A DNA stretch of 43,527 bases. Source: Candidatus Bathyarchaeia archaeon. Lineage in GTDB: Archaea > Thermoproteota > Bathyarchaeia > Bathyarchaeales > Bathycorpusculaceae. The notes beneath the pieces are model-generated. The model saw nothing but the letters and a program-made list of their open reading frames with translations, was not told the origin of the DNA and did no database searches. The translations under genes and the position numbers were made by a program. Positions 1-9,707 of this stretch are shown one piece after another. Numbering within the stretch: the first letter of the stretch is position 1; every line of letters begins with the position of its first letter. The stretch spans positions 1-43,527 of the forward strand of contig JBEKOM010000013.1 in assembly GCA_049521795.1 (NCBI GenBank), in the 5' to 3' direction.

Positions 1-428
1 TACAAGCTTACGGGCTGGATTTTCTGTGGGTCACCTTATCAGACGGGCAAGCCAGTTAACCCATTACCTGTTTCAATATTCCAAGCGTCTGAAACTTTGC
101 AGCCTGTTTTCACAGCAACGGCGCCTTAAACCTGTCAACCCCAGAATTCGCGGAAACAAACGCGCGCGGGACTCGCGAAGAACAACCTCCACCAAAGCAG
201 GGTCCTTCCCAAACCGTTCCTCCGAAATGAATAAGACGCTCGCACCTTAGGGAAACAAACAATTGCACAGAAATCTCACGTGATGGCCCTTCATCCACGG
301 ACAACGCTTGCCTTTTTCACGGTTTAGACATAACGCGCGCCCAAATATCAATAGGTCTCACAATACGGCAAAACCCTTTAGCTACCGCCACAAATGATAC
401 ATACCGACTACAACACAAGGGAAAAACC

Positions 429-548
429 ATGACCAGAACATGGAAGATCCTTCTGCTAACGCGCGCGCTGTTGCCGTCTTTCTCATGCGCATGGTATGCG
501 AAAGTTTACTGTGAATTGTTAGTGAAAGAAGAGTTGATGGAACGTTGA
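429..548 (+). pseudogene. Chimeric relic ORF: a gene start (MTRTWKILLLT) joined through a (GC)n tract at 460-468 to an unrelated 3' end (KVYCELLVKEELMER*)
   Basis: Manual translation. Purine-rich leader AAGGGAAAAACC before the ATG. The tail resembles GT4 C-termini. Confidence 0.3.
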
Positions 549-756
549 CTCAGCTAAGCTTATCTAGGGGGTGATCGACACTTCATCTCGTAGGGATCGA
601 GAAAGACGACAGTGGAGAGGGCAGGTTTTGTTCTTCAATAGCTTCTCCTTTCTTGTCTGCCCCCGCCAGGGGGAGACTGTCTAGTGCTAGCTGGAACACT
701 GTCGTACGGTTCTGATCACGCGCGCGCGCGCTCGTTTGGTCATTAGGTGATATGCT

Positions 757-1449
757 ATGTTGGCTCCGGCTGTTTCGGTCGTCATTCCTGCGTTCAATGA
801 AGGAAAGTCTATAGGCGACGTCATAAGCAAGGTGCGAACGGCGTTAGGATTGAGCTCGGTGCCTTATGAGATAGTTGTTGTTGATGATGGCTCTTCTGAC
901 GAGACAGGGATTATTGCCAGAAGCCAAAATGTGAGAGTTGTAAGCAATTGGAAGAATCGGGGTAAGGGAGTTGCTCTTAGGAGGGGTTTCGAGTGTGCTC
1001 TTGGCCACATAATAGTCACTATTGACGCTGATGGCTCTCATGATCCGAGAGACATAGGCAAATTGGTTCGTCCAATATTGGATGGTGCTGACGTGGTCTT
1101 GGGCTGCAGGTTCTTGGACGGACAAGGTCGAGAGACAACGACGAGGCTCAATGTTTTTGGGAATTCTATCATCAATTTCGCGATTTGGCTTGTCACAGGG
1201 AAAAAGGTTAGAGATAGTCAAACCGGTTTTCGAGCATTCAGAAGGAAAGTCCTTCAAGAGTTCGGAATTTCGGCAGAAGGGTTCCAGGTGGAGGCGGAGT
1301 TGACTGTGAAGATGCTCATGAACGGAAATGATGTTCGCGAAGTACCCATCACAATCAGAAAGCGCATGGATGGGGCTTCTCGACTGAATCCGCTACGTGA
1401 CGGGTTAAAGGACCTCTTAGTTATTATGAAAGCTGCATTTGAGGCTTAA
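757..1449 (+). CDS. GT2 glycosyltransferase, DPM1/polyprenol-phosphate glycosyltransferase-like
   Basis: Motifs VVIPAFNE, VVDDGSSD, GKGVAL, IDADGSH, DSQTGFRAF. AGGTGA RBS upstream. Confidence 0.93.
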   Translation: MLAPAVSVVIPAFNEGKSIGDVISKVRTALGLSSVPYEIVVVDDGSSDETGIIARSQNVRVVSNWKNRGKGVALRRGFECALGHIIVTIDADGSHDPRDIGKLVRPILDGADVVLGCRFLDGQGRETTTRLNVFGNSIINFAIWLVTGKKVRDSQTGFRAFRRKVLQEFGISAEGFQVEAELTVKMLMNGNDVREVPITIRKRMDGASRLNPLRDGLKDLLVIMKAAFEA

Positions 1450-1825
1450 CGCTGAGTCAGAAGGGATTTCACGAGACATTAGAACCCTAGAAACTATGAT
1501 GTTATACGCTAGCGCGCGCTCAGAGGGCTTGACACGCGACATAAGAATCTAGAAACAGTTGAGTGCGCTAGAATCTAGAATCTTAAGGATCAATGACTCA
1601 CTGAAACTCTGACTGCTGAACTCAAAAAAACTCACTGTTACATCTAGCGCGCGCTCGCACGTTAAGCTGTTACAGATGCAGGCGCCTTTGGACAGGCGCG
1701 CGCTAACCCCAGACGTAGAAGTATGAACAGGTCGCGCTAAGCAAGAATACGCACCCAGAAGCATACACGATAAAACTTGGTGCGCGCCAAAGACAAACTC
1801 AGACGAAGAGTTTGGTGTTCACAAA

Positions 1826-2818
1826 ATGGCAAAAGCAAGCGTGATAATAGTCACGCACAATCACAGGGAATACATCGGAACCTGCATTGGGTCAATCCAG
1901 CGGCAGAAATATCCTCACGAAATAATAATTGTCGACGGTTGCTCAAGTGACGGAACTGCAGAGCTCGTGAAGAGAGAATTCCCTAATTTGAAAGTGATAG
2001 AGTGCAGTCGGAATATAGGCTATGGCGCAGGAAATAACTTAGGGGTTGAATACGCGAAGGGGAGCCTAGTAGTCATACTTAATCCTGATGTAGTTGTCGA
2101 AAGCGGATGGCTTAGAGAACTTGTAAGCCCGCTAGAAAACAAGGATAGACTAATAACAACACCGAAGATACTGACCTATGACGGCTCAAAGATAAACACT
2201 TGTGGAAACATAAACCACTTCACAGGGTTAACATTCACCATGGGATTTGGCGAGAGTCCAAAGAGTCGTTCAGAGCCAGCATGCGTGAGTGGTGTCTCAG
2301 GCTGTTGTTTCGCTATGAGAAGAGAGGATTACTTCGGTTTTGACAGCACTTTTTTCCTGTACAATGATGATTCTGATTTTTCATGGAAAGCGCACCTTAA
2401 GGGTTTCACGATTTTGTATGTTCCATCATCTATAATAAGGCACGACTATGCCCTGAGAGTTTCGCCAACAAAAATGTACTATCTAGAGAGAAATAGGTAT
2501 CTTATGTTAAGAAAATATCTGCGTGAGGAGGATCTATTGCCCATACTGCCTTCCCTACTTATCGCAGAACTCTTAACTTTTGGCTATGCAATCAAGCGCG
2601 GACGCATGTGGCTCATCTGTAAAATAAACGCGGTGACAGACGGCCTACGGGCTCGAGTTGACAAAGTAAATGGAGACAAAAGGAAGCTAAACATGTCTCT
2701 GAGCGTTTCAATTCCTGTAGACCTTCTTACAGATAACAATTTCGAGAGACTACTCAAAATTCTTGCCAACAAGATGTTCAGATTGAATTTCAAAATAGTT
2801 AAACTGAAATATCTTTAG
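1826..2818 (+). CDS. GT2 glycosyltransferase (WbbL/rhamnosyltransferase-like)
   Basis: Motifs SVIIVTHN, IVDGCSSDGT, NIGYGAGNNLG, LNPD, FFLYNDDSD. The TAG stop runs directly into a (GC)n tract. Confidence 0.92.
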   Translation: MAKASVIIVTHNHREYIGTCIGSIQRQKYPHEIIIVDGCSSDGTAELVKREFPNLKVIECSRNIGYGAGNNLGVEYAKGSLVVILNPDVVVESGWLRELVSPLENKDRLITTPKILTYDGSKINTCGNINHFTGLTFTMGFGESPKSRSEPACVSGVSGCCFAMRREDYFGFDSTFFLYNDDSDFSWKAHLKGFTILYVPSSIIRHDYALRVSPTKMYYLERNRYLMLRKYLREEDLLPILPSLLIAELLTFGYAIKRGRMWLICKINAVTDGLRARVDKVNGDKRKLNMSLSVSIPVDLLTDNNFERLLKILANKMFRLNFKIVKLKYL

Positions 2819-2944
2819 CGCGCGCATAGCATTCCGCATGCCAAAATCCTAGCATATACTGATTTGTTCCGAATGCCACAGTACTTTATTCGTCGTCGAA
2901 GATCTGTGCGCGCGCGAACATGGCGGCATGAGGTTCGTGATAAA

Positions 2945-4093
2945 ATGAAAGTAACATTGATCCGTTCACGAGCGATAACTCCAAACATACGCAAAGTGGC
3001 TCGGGTCCTGTCAAAGAATGGGTATGATGTAAAACTCCTGTTGTGGGACAGGCAAGATACTCTAAAAAATGAAGAAGGCGCCAAATATAGAGTTTTCAGT
3101 TTCAATTTGAGAGCGCCTTATGATAAATTTAGCGTATTGTTCTACCTCCCACGCTGGTGGATGTTTGAGTTGCTTTTTCTCCTGAGAGACGATTCTGAAG
3201 TCATACATGCATGCGATCTAGACACACTCATGCCAGCAATTCTGGCAAAATGGGTTAGGCGAGCAAAAATCTCTTATACAATTTATGATCTCTACGCTGC
3301 CAACTTTCAGGGATGGATTGCTAGAAAGCTACTTGGATTCATTGAAAGACTTGCAATAAGATCCACGGACCTCCTAATCTTAGTGAATGAATTACAATAC
3401 ACAACGGTTCAGAGAGCCAAGATCAAGAATGCTGTTATCATCTACAATTCTCCACGAGATTGCTTTGATGGAACAAATGGACAACTACTCCGCCATAGAT
3501 CGAAAGAGCTAGATGAATTCAAAATATTCTACGCAGGTGCGATTCACGAATCACGTGGCCTGCGCTACATGATAAAAGCCATAAGAGACCTAGATGATGT
3601 TAGACTGACAATAGCCGGCATGGGACCTGCAAAAAGCCTCCTTGACGACCTCTTGCCCAGTATGAGGAAGAAGATTCATTATATTGGATATATCCCATAT
3701 AAAAAAGTCATTGAGAAAACAATGGAGGCGGATATGTTGTTCGCGTTCTATGATACTGCGTTCCCCTTCAGCAAATATGCTAGTCCCAACAAGTTGTTTG
3801 AGGCTATGATGTGCAGTAAACCGATAATTGTTAGCGATGGGGGCCTCATGGCTGACATTGTGAGAAAAGTGAACTGTGGGCTCGTTGTGCCTTATGGAGA
3901 TACTCAAGCGATTAGCGAGGCTATAGTAAGCCTGAAGATGAATGAAAAACTCCGGCAAGAGCTCGGCGAAAATGGAAGAAAAGCCTATGAAACCCAATAT
4001 AGTTGGGCCCTAATGGAAAAGAGGCTGATCGATAGTTATGGCAGACTTCGCTCGAAAGAACAAGTGCTGCAGCTGAACCGGGCGCGACAATAG
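2945..4093 (+). CDS. GT4 (GT-B) glycosyltransferase
   Basis: Motifs YAGAIHESRGL, SPNKLFEAM, ENGRKAYE. Start placed at ATG 2945 (MKVTLIRSR) because the upstream ORF extension crosses a (GC)n tract. Confidence 0.9.
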   Translation: MKVTLIRSRAITPNIRKVARVLSKNGYDVKLLLWDRQDTLKNEEGAKYRVFSFNLRAPYDKFSVLFYLPRWWMFELLFLLRDDSEVIHACDLDTLMPAILAKWVRRAKISYTIYDLYAANFQGWIARKLLGFIERLAIRSTDLLILVNELQYTTVQRAKIKNAVIIYNSPRDCFDGTNGQLLRHRSKELDEFKIFYAGAIHESRGLRYMIKAIRDLDDVRLTIAGMGPAKSLLDDLLPSMRKKIHYIGYIPYKKVIEKTMEADMLFAFYDTAFPFSKYASPNKLFEAMMCSKPIIVSDGGLMADIVRKVNCGLVVPYGDTQAISEAIVSLKMNEKLRQELGENGRKAYETQYSWALMEKRLIDSYGRLRSKEQVLQLNRARQ

Positions 4094-4254
4094 GGAATTT
4101 GGTACCCCAAATTATGATGAAGAAGTGTTGGCTTCTGCAATGCTTTCGTTATGCGAGAATTAGGCTCTCAGGGATGAAATTTCCCTGATTGTTCTAGATT
4201 ACGCACGATAACATAACTACTTCATGAAGAAGTGGAAACATGATCTGCTAGAAA

Positions 4255-4467
4255 GTGCTAGCAATAGCGGCTCTTTGTTCCATCGTGACAGCGCTCGTCT
4301 TCTTCTTAACGCAGCGCGCGCGCCTCTGGATACAAAGGCGTGTGCGCAAAAGTGTTGGAGCACGTGCGTGGTTTTTGCTTGAGAATATGCTACCTAATGC
4401 GTGCGCGTCTAGCACGCTTCATGAAAACGGCAAGAAAACATTTAGAACAAAATACACTTGGAAGTAA
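4255..4467 (+). pseudogene. Mosaic relic: hydrophobic signal-like segment, (GC)n tract at 4314-4323, then a GT4-like C-terminal fragment
   Basis: The tail LHENGKKTFRTKYTWK resembles LGENGRKAYETQYSWA of the upstream GT4. Confidence 0.35.
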
Positions 4468-4519
4468 TCGGAGATAGATTAAAGGCTTTTATGAATCAGT
4501 TTTGCAGAGGTCATGAAAA

Positions 4520-5642
4520 ATGAAGATTGGCAGAGTGGTCTCGATTGTGGGAGTGCGTCCGAATTTTGTTAAATTGGCAGCTTTGCATGAGAGTTTGTCT
4601 GAGAAAATTCAACATGTAATTGTCCATACTGGGCAGCATTACGATTATGAGCTTTCCAAAGCCTTTTTTGAATGTTTTGAACTCCCCTCCCCTGATTACA
4701 ATCTTGACGTAGGGTCGGGTAGTCACTGTTATCAATTGGGCGAGGTGATCGAGAGAGTTGAGCCGCTTTTGTTGAAAGAGAAACCCGATCTGGTCATAGT
4801 TTATGGCGACACCAATTCAACGTTCGCGGGAGCTTTGGCTGCAGCGCGACTACATTTCAAAGTCGCGCATGTTGAAGCTGGATACAGAATTTATGATAAA
4901 CATATGCCTGAAGAAGCAAACAGGGTTCTTACGGACCATGTGTCCGATGTACTGTTTGCGCCAACGAAAACAACTCTGCGTAATCTTAAAAGAGAATGTA
5001 CAAGGAAAAGTCCATTTAACTGGAGATGTTATGGTTGATGTTTTGCTAAATTACTTGCATATTGCAGAGGAAAAGTCAAATATTCTTGAGAAACTCGGGG
5101 TCTCTTCGAAAGATTACATCTTGCTGACGTTTCACAGGGAAAAAAATACAGAAGACATCCATACACTGAATAACATAGTCAGCGCTCTTCTGCGTCTTAG
5201 AGATTTCAAAATCGTTTTTCCGACACATCCAAGAACTGAAAAAGCTCTTAAAGAAACCGGCCTGTTCAAAAAAATAGAAAACTCGAAAAACATACTGGCC
5301 ACACCTCCATTGAATTATTTGGATTTCGTGAAGCTTGAAAACAATGCGATCAAGATAATGACTGATTCCGGCGGGGTGCAGAAGGAAGCTTACGTTTTGG
5401 GAATACCTTGTATTACTCTAAGGGATGCAACAGAATGCACTGAAACAGTTCAAGAAGGATGGAACTTGCTTGTGGCAGTCTGCCCTGAAAAGATTGTAAA
5501 TGCGGTACGCAATTTCGCTCCTGAGAAAAAATCGGCACGGAAAGCTTTGGGTGACGGAAAAGCTGCAATCAAAATAGCAAGTATACTCCTCGAAAATCTG
5601 GGGGGCATGCGGAAAATGACCACTTCGCGCGCACGAGCGTAG
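4520..5642 (+). pseudogene. wecB: UDP-N-acetylglucosamine 2-epimerase (non-hydrolysing), frameshifted near 4991-4997
   Basis: N-half (GVRPNFVK, HTGQHYD, GDTNST, HVEAG, MPEEANR) lies in ORF 4520..5038. C-half (TGDVMVD, TDSGGVQKEA) lies in ORF 4803..5642. The halves join as NLKRE/NVQGKV. Confidence 0.85.
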
Positions 5643-5718
5643 TCAAATGCAACAGAATTCTAAACGAAATCTGCAGGATAGTCCTATTGAGTTCACACAA
5701 AATAATTAGGGTGATAGT

Positions 5719-5952
5719 ATGAGAATCTGCTACCTATCTGATGGCATCAGCGTCCACGATTGGAGATTTCTGCGCTCACTGGCTAAAAGGAATCATGAGG
5801 TGCACCTGGTGTCTTTTTTCCCAGAGGCTCTCCCGTCTTCGCTCAAAGAAAATGCGCCCGTGCGCGCGGCTGTGGAGATTAAAGAGGAATTCGGAATCCC
5901 TAGCGCGCGCTATGAAAGTTTTATAGAGGGGAATATGCATGACAGATCGTAG
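5719..5952 (+). pseudogene. Miniaturised GT4 gene: N-terminus, middle piece and C-terminus joined in frame by two (GC)n tracts
   Basis: MRICYLSDGISVHDWRFLRSLAKRNHEVHLVSF matches the start of 17751..18839. EIKEEFGIP matches a GT4 mid-region. YESFIEG resembles a GT4 end. Confidence 0.75.
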
Positions 5953-7825
5953 CGCGCGCGAACTTGATAAACTAGTTGCATATGTTGGCCTTGTCTTCTC
6001 GTCTGGCCTTACTGTTTGGTCGGCAATCAAGGCAAGTCACTTTACATATTTCATAGCGGGGTTCCTTGTGTTCGTTGCTTGTTCTATTTACCTCTTCATA
6101 AGAAGAACCTTGTCCAGCTCTCAATTGTCTTCCATGTTCTACGCGGAATCGTCTCGTCGCTTCTACTTGTTCTCAAACCTTCTCTTTTTTGCTCTGTTCT
6201 TGTCTTCGATTCTATTCTGCCTCTTAAGACCCGAAGAATACAGTAGGCCTTTAGCCTATTTCATGACTATCGGGTTGATGGCTTCTGTTCTGGCTGTGGA
6301 GATCTTGTTTCTTCCTGCGGGAAAATCGCAGGAGCGTTTAGCATTATTGAAGATAATACTACTCAGCGTGAATATTGAACTGTCACAAGTTTTTGTGTTT
6401 CCTTCTATCGTCGGGATAGATCCGTGGTTACATCAGTCGTTCACTTTAGACATTCTGAAAAGCGGAGTCATACCAGGAGGATTCTCATATTCTGGGATTC
6501 CCTTAATGCATCTTTTGGTAGGCTCATTTTCATTGATTACAGGATTGGACTACAAGATTTCCGCATTTTTGTCAATATCTATTGTTCAAGCAGTTTCTGC
6601 TTCAACTTTGGTCTACCTCATTGGAAGCCGTGTTTTTAACAGCAGAATAGGCCTACTCGGCGCTCTTTTGTTAGGCACAGCAAACTACGAGCTTTCAATG
6701 GGCTATTGGGCCATCCCTAATACAATGGCAACAGTCTTTGCACTGGCCATAGTATTTCTGCTATTCAGAACCACTCAAGAAAAACCAAGCACCAACCTAT
6801 GTGTCACCTCTCTCATAATGCTCTTCAGTGGGGCTCTAATCCTGACTCATACTGTGACCTCAGTATTCATGCTTCTGCTTCTTGTTGTGTTTTGTGTAGG
6901 ATTTGAAGTTCGCAATCGCGTGCATCACGAAGGAAAGAACCCCGTACAACCTAGCCTTCCAATCTTTTTTGCTGCAGGAATGCTTGCATGGTGGACCTAC
7001 GTTTCCGGTCACTTGGGCCTACTAGCCACCTTTTTGGAAGAGGGATTCAGCTTGTCCTTCCGCTTAGGAAACGTGCCGAGTCAGGTAAGCCAATATTCAA
7101 ACAGAGTTCCGATATTGGAGCAACTATTCAACTCCGGGGGAAGCTATCTTTTCTTGACTATATCATTTATCGGATGCTTGTACATGTTTTCAAAGTATGG
7201 AACTTCTCGAGCCTTCGTAATTGCAGCATCGGGAGTCATTACTACAGCCATGGCTTTTTTTGCTCCAATTGCAAATGTGTGGATTATAACCCAAAGATGG
7301 TTCTATTTTTCTCAAATCCTCATGTCATTGCCACTTGCCTTCGGATTGATGATGCTTTGCTGGAAAATGAAGAGCAGACTGGTCAAATCTATCCTGCTCG
7401 CATCCCTCGTCTTTCTACTAACGTTCCTTATGATTCTAAGTCCTACTGCCAACCTGGACAATCCAACTTTCTCACCAAACACGCAGATTCGATATGCTTT
7501 CACAACTTCTGAACAGCAAGCATTAGAAACCGTCGCAGGTATGGGAAGCAAGAAGATAGCCGTCGACGATTACTACAGTCTTCTAGACTATCCTCTCTAT
7601 CCTACTGAGAGTATAGGAGAACGGATCTACAACGGAAGTTTTACCATGTACAATGGAGAACCAATCCTGATCAGACAGGAAATTGTAAACCATCCTTTTC
7701 AATCAATTGCCGGATCAACCGCGTACAAATTGGATTACGATCCTCGAGAAACACTGACGACTCAGATTTTCTCTAGAATATATGACAGCAATTCTGTCAG
7801 TGGCTTCATCCGCTTTTCGCACTAA
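5939..7825 (+). CDS. Multi-pass membrane protein, probable GT-C fold glycosyltransferase or glycan polymerase
   Basis: Many hydrophobic helices, a GIDPWLH loop after the N-terminal helices, an LILTH motif, and location in a glycan cluster. Confidence 0.65.
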   Translation: MTDRSARELDKLVAYVGLVFSSGLTVWSAIKASHFTYFIAGFLVFVACSIYLFIRRTLSSSQLSSMFYAESSRRFYLFSNLLFFALFLSSILFCLLRPEEYSRPLAYFMTIGLMASVLAVEILFLPAGKSQERLALLKIILLSVNIELSQVFVFPSIVGIDPWLHQSFTLDILKSGVIPGGFSYSGIPLMHLLVGSFSLITGLDYKISAFLSISIVQAVSASTLVYLIGSRVFNSRIGLLGALLLGTANYELSMGYWAIPNTMATVFALAIVFLLFRTTQEKPSTNLCVTSLIMLFSGALILTHTVTSVFMLLLLVVFCVGFEVRNRVHHEGKNPVQPSLPIFFAAGMLAWWTYVSGHLGLLATFLEEGFSLSFRLGNVPSQVSQYSNRVPILEQLFNSGGSYLFLTISFIGCLYMFSKYGTSRAFVIAASGVITTAMAFFAPIANVWIITQRWFYFSQILMSLPLAFGLMMLCWKMKSRLVKSILLASLVFLLTFLMILSPTANLDNPTFSPNTQIRYAFTTSEQQALETVAGMGSKKIAVDDYYSLLDYPLYPTESIGERIYNGSFTMYNGEPILIRQEIVNHPFQSIAGSTAYKLDYDPRETLTTQIFSRIYDSNSVSGFIRFSH

Positions 7826-7893
7826 CGCCAACGCTTACGAAAATCAGGCGGTGCTTGGCAACGGTCGGGCAATAAAATACTTGAGGCGCGCGC

Positions 7894-8038
7894 TGAAAAT
7901 AGTTGGGCAGATAGAAGAGAGAAAATACAATCGAAAAGACGACATGTCCAAGATGGGGACATTGTACAGACGGGGTCACTATCCGTTCATGAGTTGGAGT
8001 GCACTCTCGTGCCCCAGCTAATCATTCAGGGATGGCAT
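7894..8038 (+). pseudogene. 3' fragment of a GT4 gene paralogous to 11152..12378, bracketed by (GC)n tracts
   Basis: KIVGQIEERKYNRKDDMSKMGTLYRR versus KISRHIAEEKYNRRDNMTKMETLYGR. The downstream TCATGAGTTGG is shared. Confidence 0.75.
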
Positions 8039-8118
8039 GCGCGCGCTACTCCATCACGCGCACTAAAGGCAATTGAGCAAACGACAATAGTATCTCTTTC
8101 CAACGTGAGGAGTAACAT

Positions 8119-9225
8119 ATGAGAATCACAATTGTTCTGGGGGCGCGTCCTCAAATAGTCAAGTCTTCACTTTTCATTCATTTGGCAAGCAAGGACAAGA
8201 GGATAATCTTGCAAATAGTCCACACTGGCCAGCACTATGATTATGAGATGACCAAAGTCTTTTTTGAAGGGCTCGATTTGCCGGAACCCAATTCAAATCT
8301 GGGTGTAGGCAGTGGTACTCATGCACAACAAACAGCGAAAATGATGTTGATGTTGGAGGAAATGTGGAAAAAACAAAGACCAGACGTGGTTTTGGTGCCA
8401 GGCGATACTAATTCCACTCTTGCGGGGGCTCTAACGGCGGCAAAGCTTACGATACCTGTGGCCCATATGGAAGCTGGGGCCAGGAGCTATGACATGGAAA
8501 TGCCTGAGGAGATAAACAGACGTCTAACGGACCATTGCTCTGCTCAACTCTTTACGCCGACCAACAACTGCACTAGAAATCTGCTCAGAGAAGGAATCCC
8601 CAAAAAGACCATCTGCGAAGCAGGAGATACTATGTACGATGTCCTTTTGCAGCAACTGCCGAAGGCTGAGAGAACAACAATCCTAGGCGATCTTGACCTG
8701 AAAGCGAAGAAATATGCACTTTTGACGACGCACAGACCCGAAAATGTGGATGCCCCTCTAAAGCTTCGAAACATTGTTGAGGCAATGGTGGAAATGGCGC
8801 CTTTGAAGATAGTCTTTCCGGTTCATCCAAGAACTCAGAAGATGCTGGAGACAATCAAGCTCTTCGACAGAATTGCAAAGCAGAAGCACATCAAAATCAT
8901 CAAACCAACAGGTTACCATGAGACGCTTAAACTGATACAAAATGCCTCGGTTGTTGTAACAGACTCTGGTGGAATGCAGAAGGAGGCTTTCTGGCTAAAG
9001 ACACCGTGCGTTACTATTCGCAAGAACACGGAATGGACAGAGACAATAGAATTAGGAGTAAATACTCTCGTTGGAAACGACGTCCAAGAAATTGTGAGAA
9101 CCACAAAAAAAATGATCGAAGAGGGAGACCGGATTATAGAAAAAATCGCAAAGACTCGAAATCCGTTTGGAGATGGTAGGGCCTCACGTAGGATACTCGA
9201 AGCTCTCAAGAAGCTGCAAAAGTGA
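8119..9225 (+). CDS. wecB: UDP-N-acetylglucosamine 2-epimerase (non-hydrolysing), intact
   Basis: Motifs GARPQIVK, HTGQHYD, GDTNST, HMEAGARS, MPEEINR, TDSGGMQKEA, PFGDG. Confidence 0.96.
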   Translation: MRITIVLGARPQIVKSSLFIHLASKDKRIILQIVHTGQHYDYEMTKVFFEGLDLPEPNSNLGVGSGTHAQQTAKMMLMLEEMWKKQRPDVVLVPGDTNSTLAGALTAAKLTIPVAHMEAGARSYDMEMPEEINRRLTDHCSAQLFTPTNNCTRNLLREGIPKKTICEAGDTMYDVLLQQLPKAERTTILGDLDLKAKKYALLTTHRPENVDAPLKLRNIVEAMVEMAPLKIVFPVHPRTQKMLETIKLFDRIAKQKHIKIIKPTGYHETLKLIQNASVVVTDSGGMQKEAFWLKTPCVTIRKNTEWTETIELGVNTLVGNDVQEIVRTTKKMIEEGDRIIEKIAKTRNPFGDGRASRRILEALKKLQK

Positions 9226-9338
9226 TAGCTCCGAGTCCATCAAAAATCATTAGCAAATCGCGCGCGTTAGACCGAATAATCTCATAATAGACAAGTTCCT
9301 AAGAAATTCTTTGCATCAGGACATTCGCAGCGCGCGCG

Positions 9339-9619
9339 AAGTACGAACAAATTTATGAAGCTTTGACGTCGCAAAGCTGAAAACCCTATCTAGTAATTGA
9401 CCTAAAATATTATCCCAAAAATGATGTGGATCAATCGCTTTAAGAAAGTGGCTATGAGAATTCTTCAAAACAGTGAGCAATAGAGGTTAGCTCGCGCGAA
9501 AAAGAGGTGTCCACATTGTTGGAAATAAGCAGAAAAAGCTACATGTTTAGGGTAAAGGACCATGCGAACGTCGATGGAACGAATTTCGGACGGTTTTCTG
9601 TGGACAAGTTCAAAAAGGA
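9339..9619 (+). repeat. Diverged duplicate of 12623..~12841 fused to ~13726..13792, bounded by (GC)n tracts
   Basis: Direct alignment: AAGTACGAACAAATTTATGAAGC...GTGTCCACATTGTTGGAAATAAGCAG matches 12623 onward, then GATGGAACGAATTTCGGACGGTTTTCTGT matches the AsnB-like gene. Confidence 0.9.
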
Positions 9620-9707
9620 GCGCGCGCTTCACACTTGAAGTTCACACACGGCGGGCTCCGCGAACTGTCATGCGGGTTCGTTCTTAGACTAAGCAACGCT
9701 GCGATGG

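Noticed and set aside
1-330. ORFs 26..250 and 110..304
   Set aside because: No recognisable motifs and both cross a tract. A minus-strand fragment (LFISEERFGKDPALVEVVLRES) may be a relic but I cannot identify it.
608-681. Possible structured RNA (GACAGT/ACTGTC and GGGCAG/CTGCCC pairings)
   Set aside because: Stems are short and match no tRNA or ncRNA family I can recognise.
2864-2944. Long N-terminal extensions in the ORF track (also 10932-11066, 13542-13631, 29558-29611, 35791-35916, 40054-40134)
   Set aside because: They lack family similarity, several read through tracts, and better starts lie downstream.
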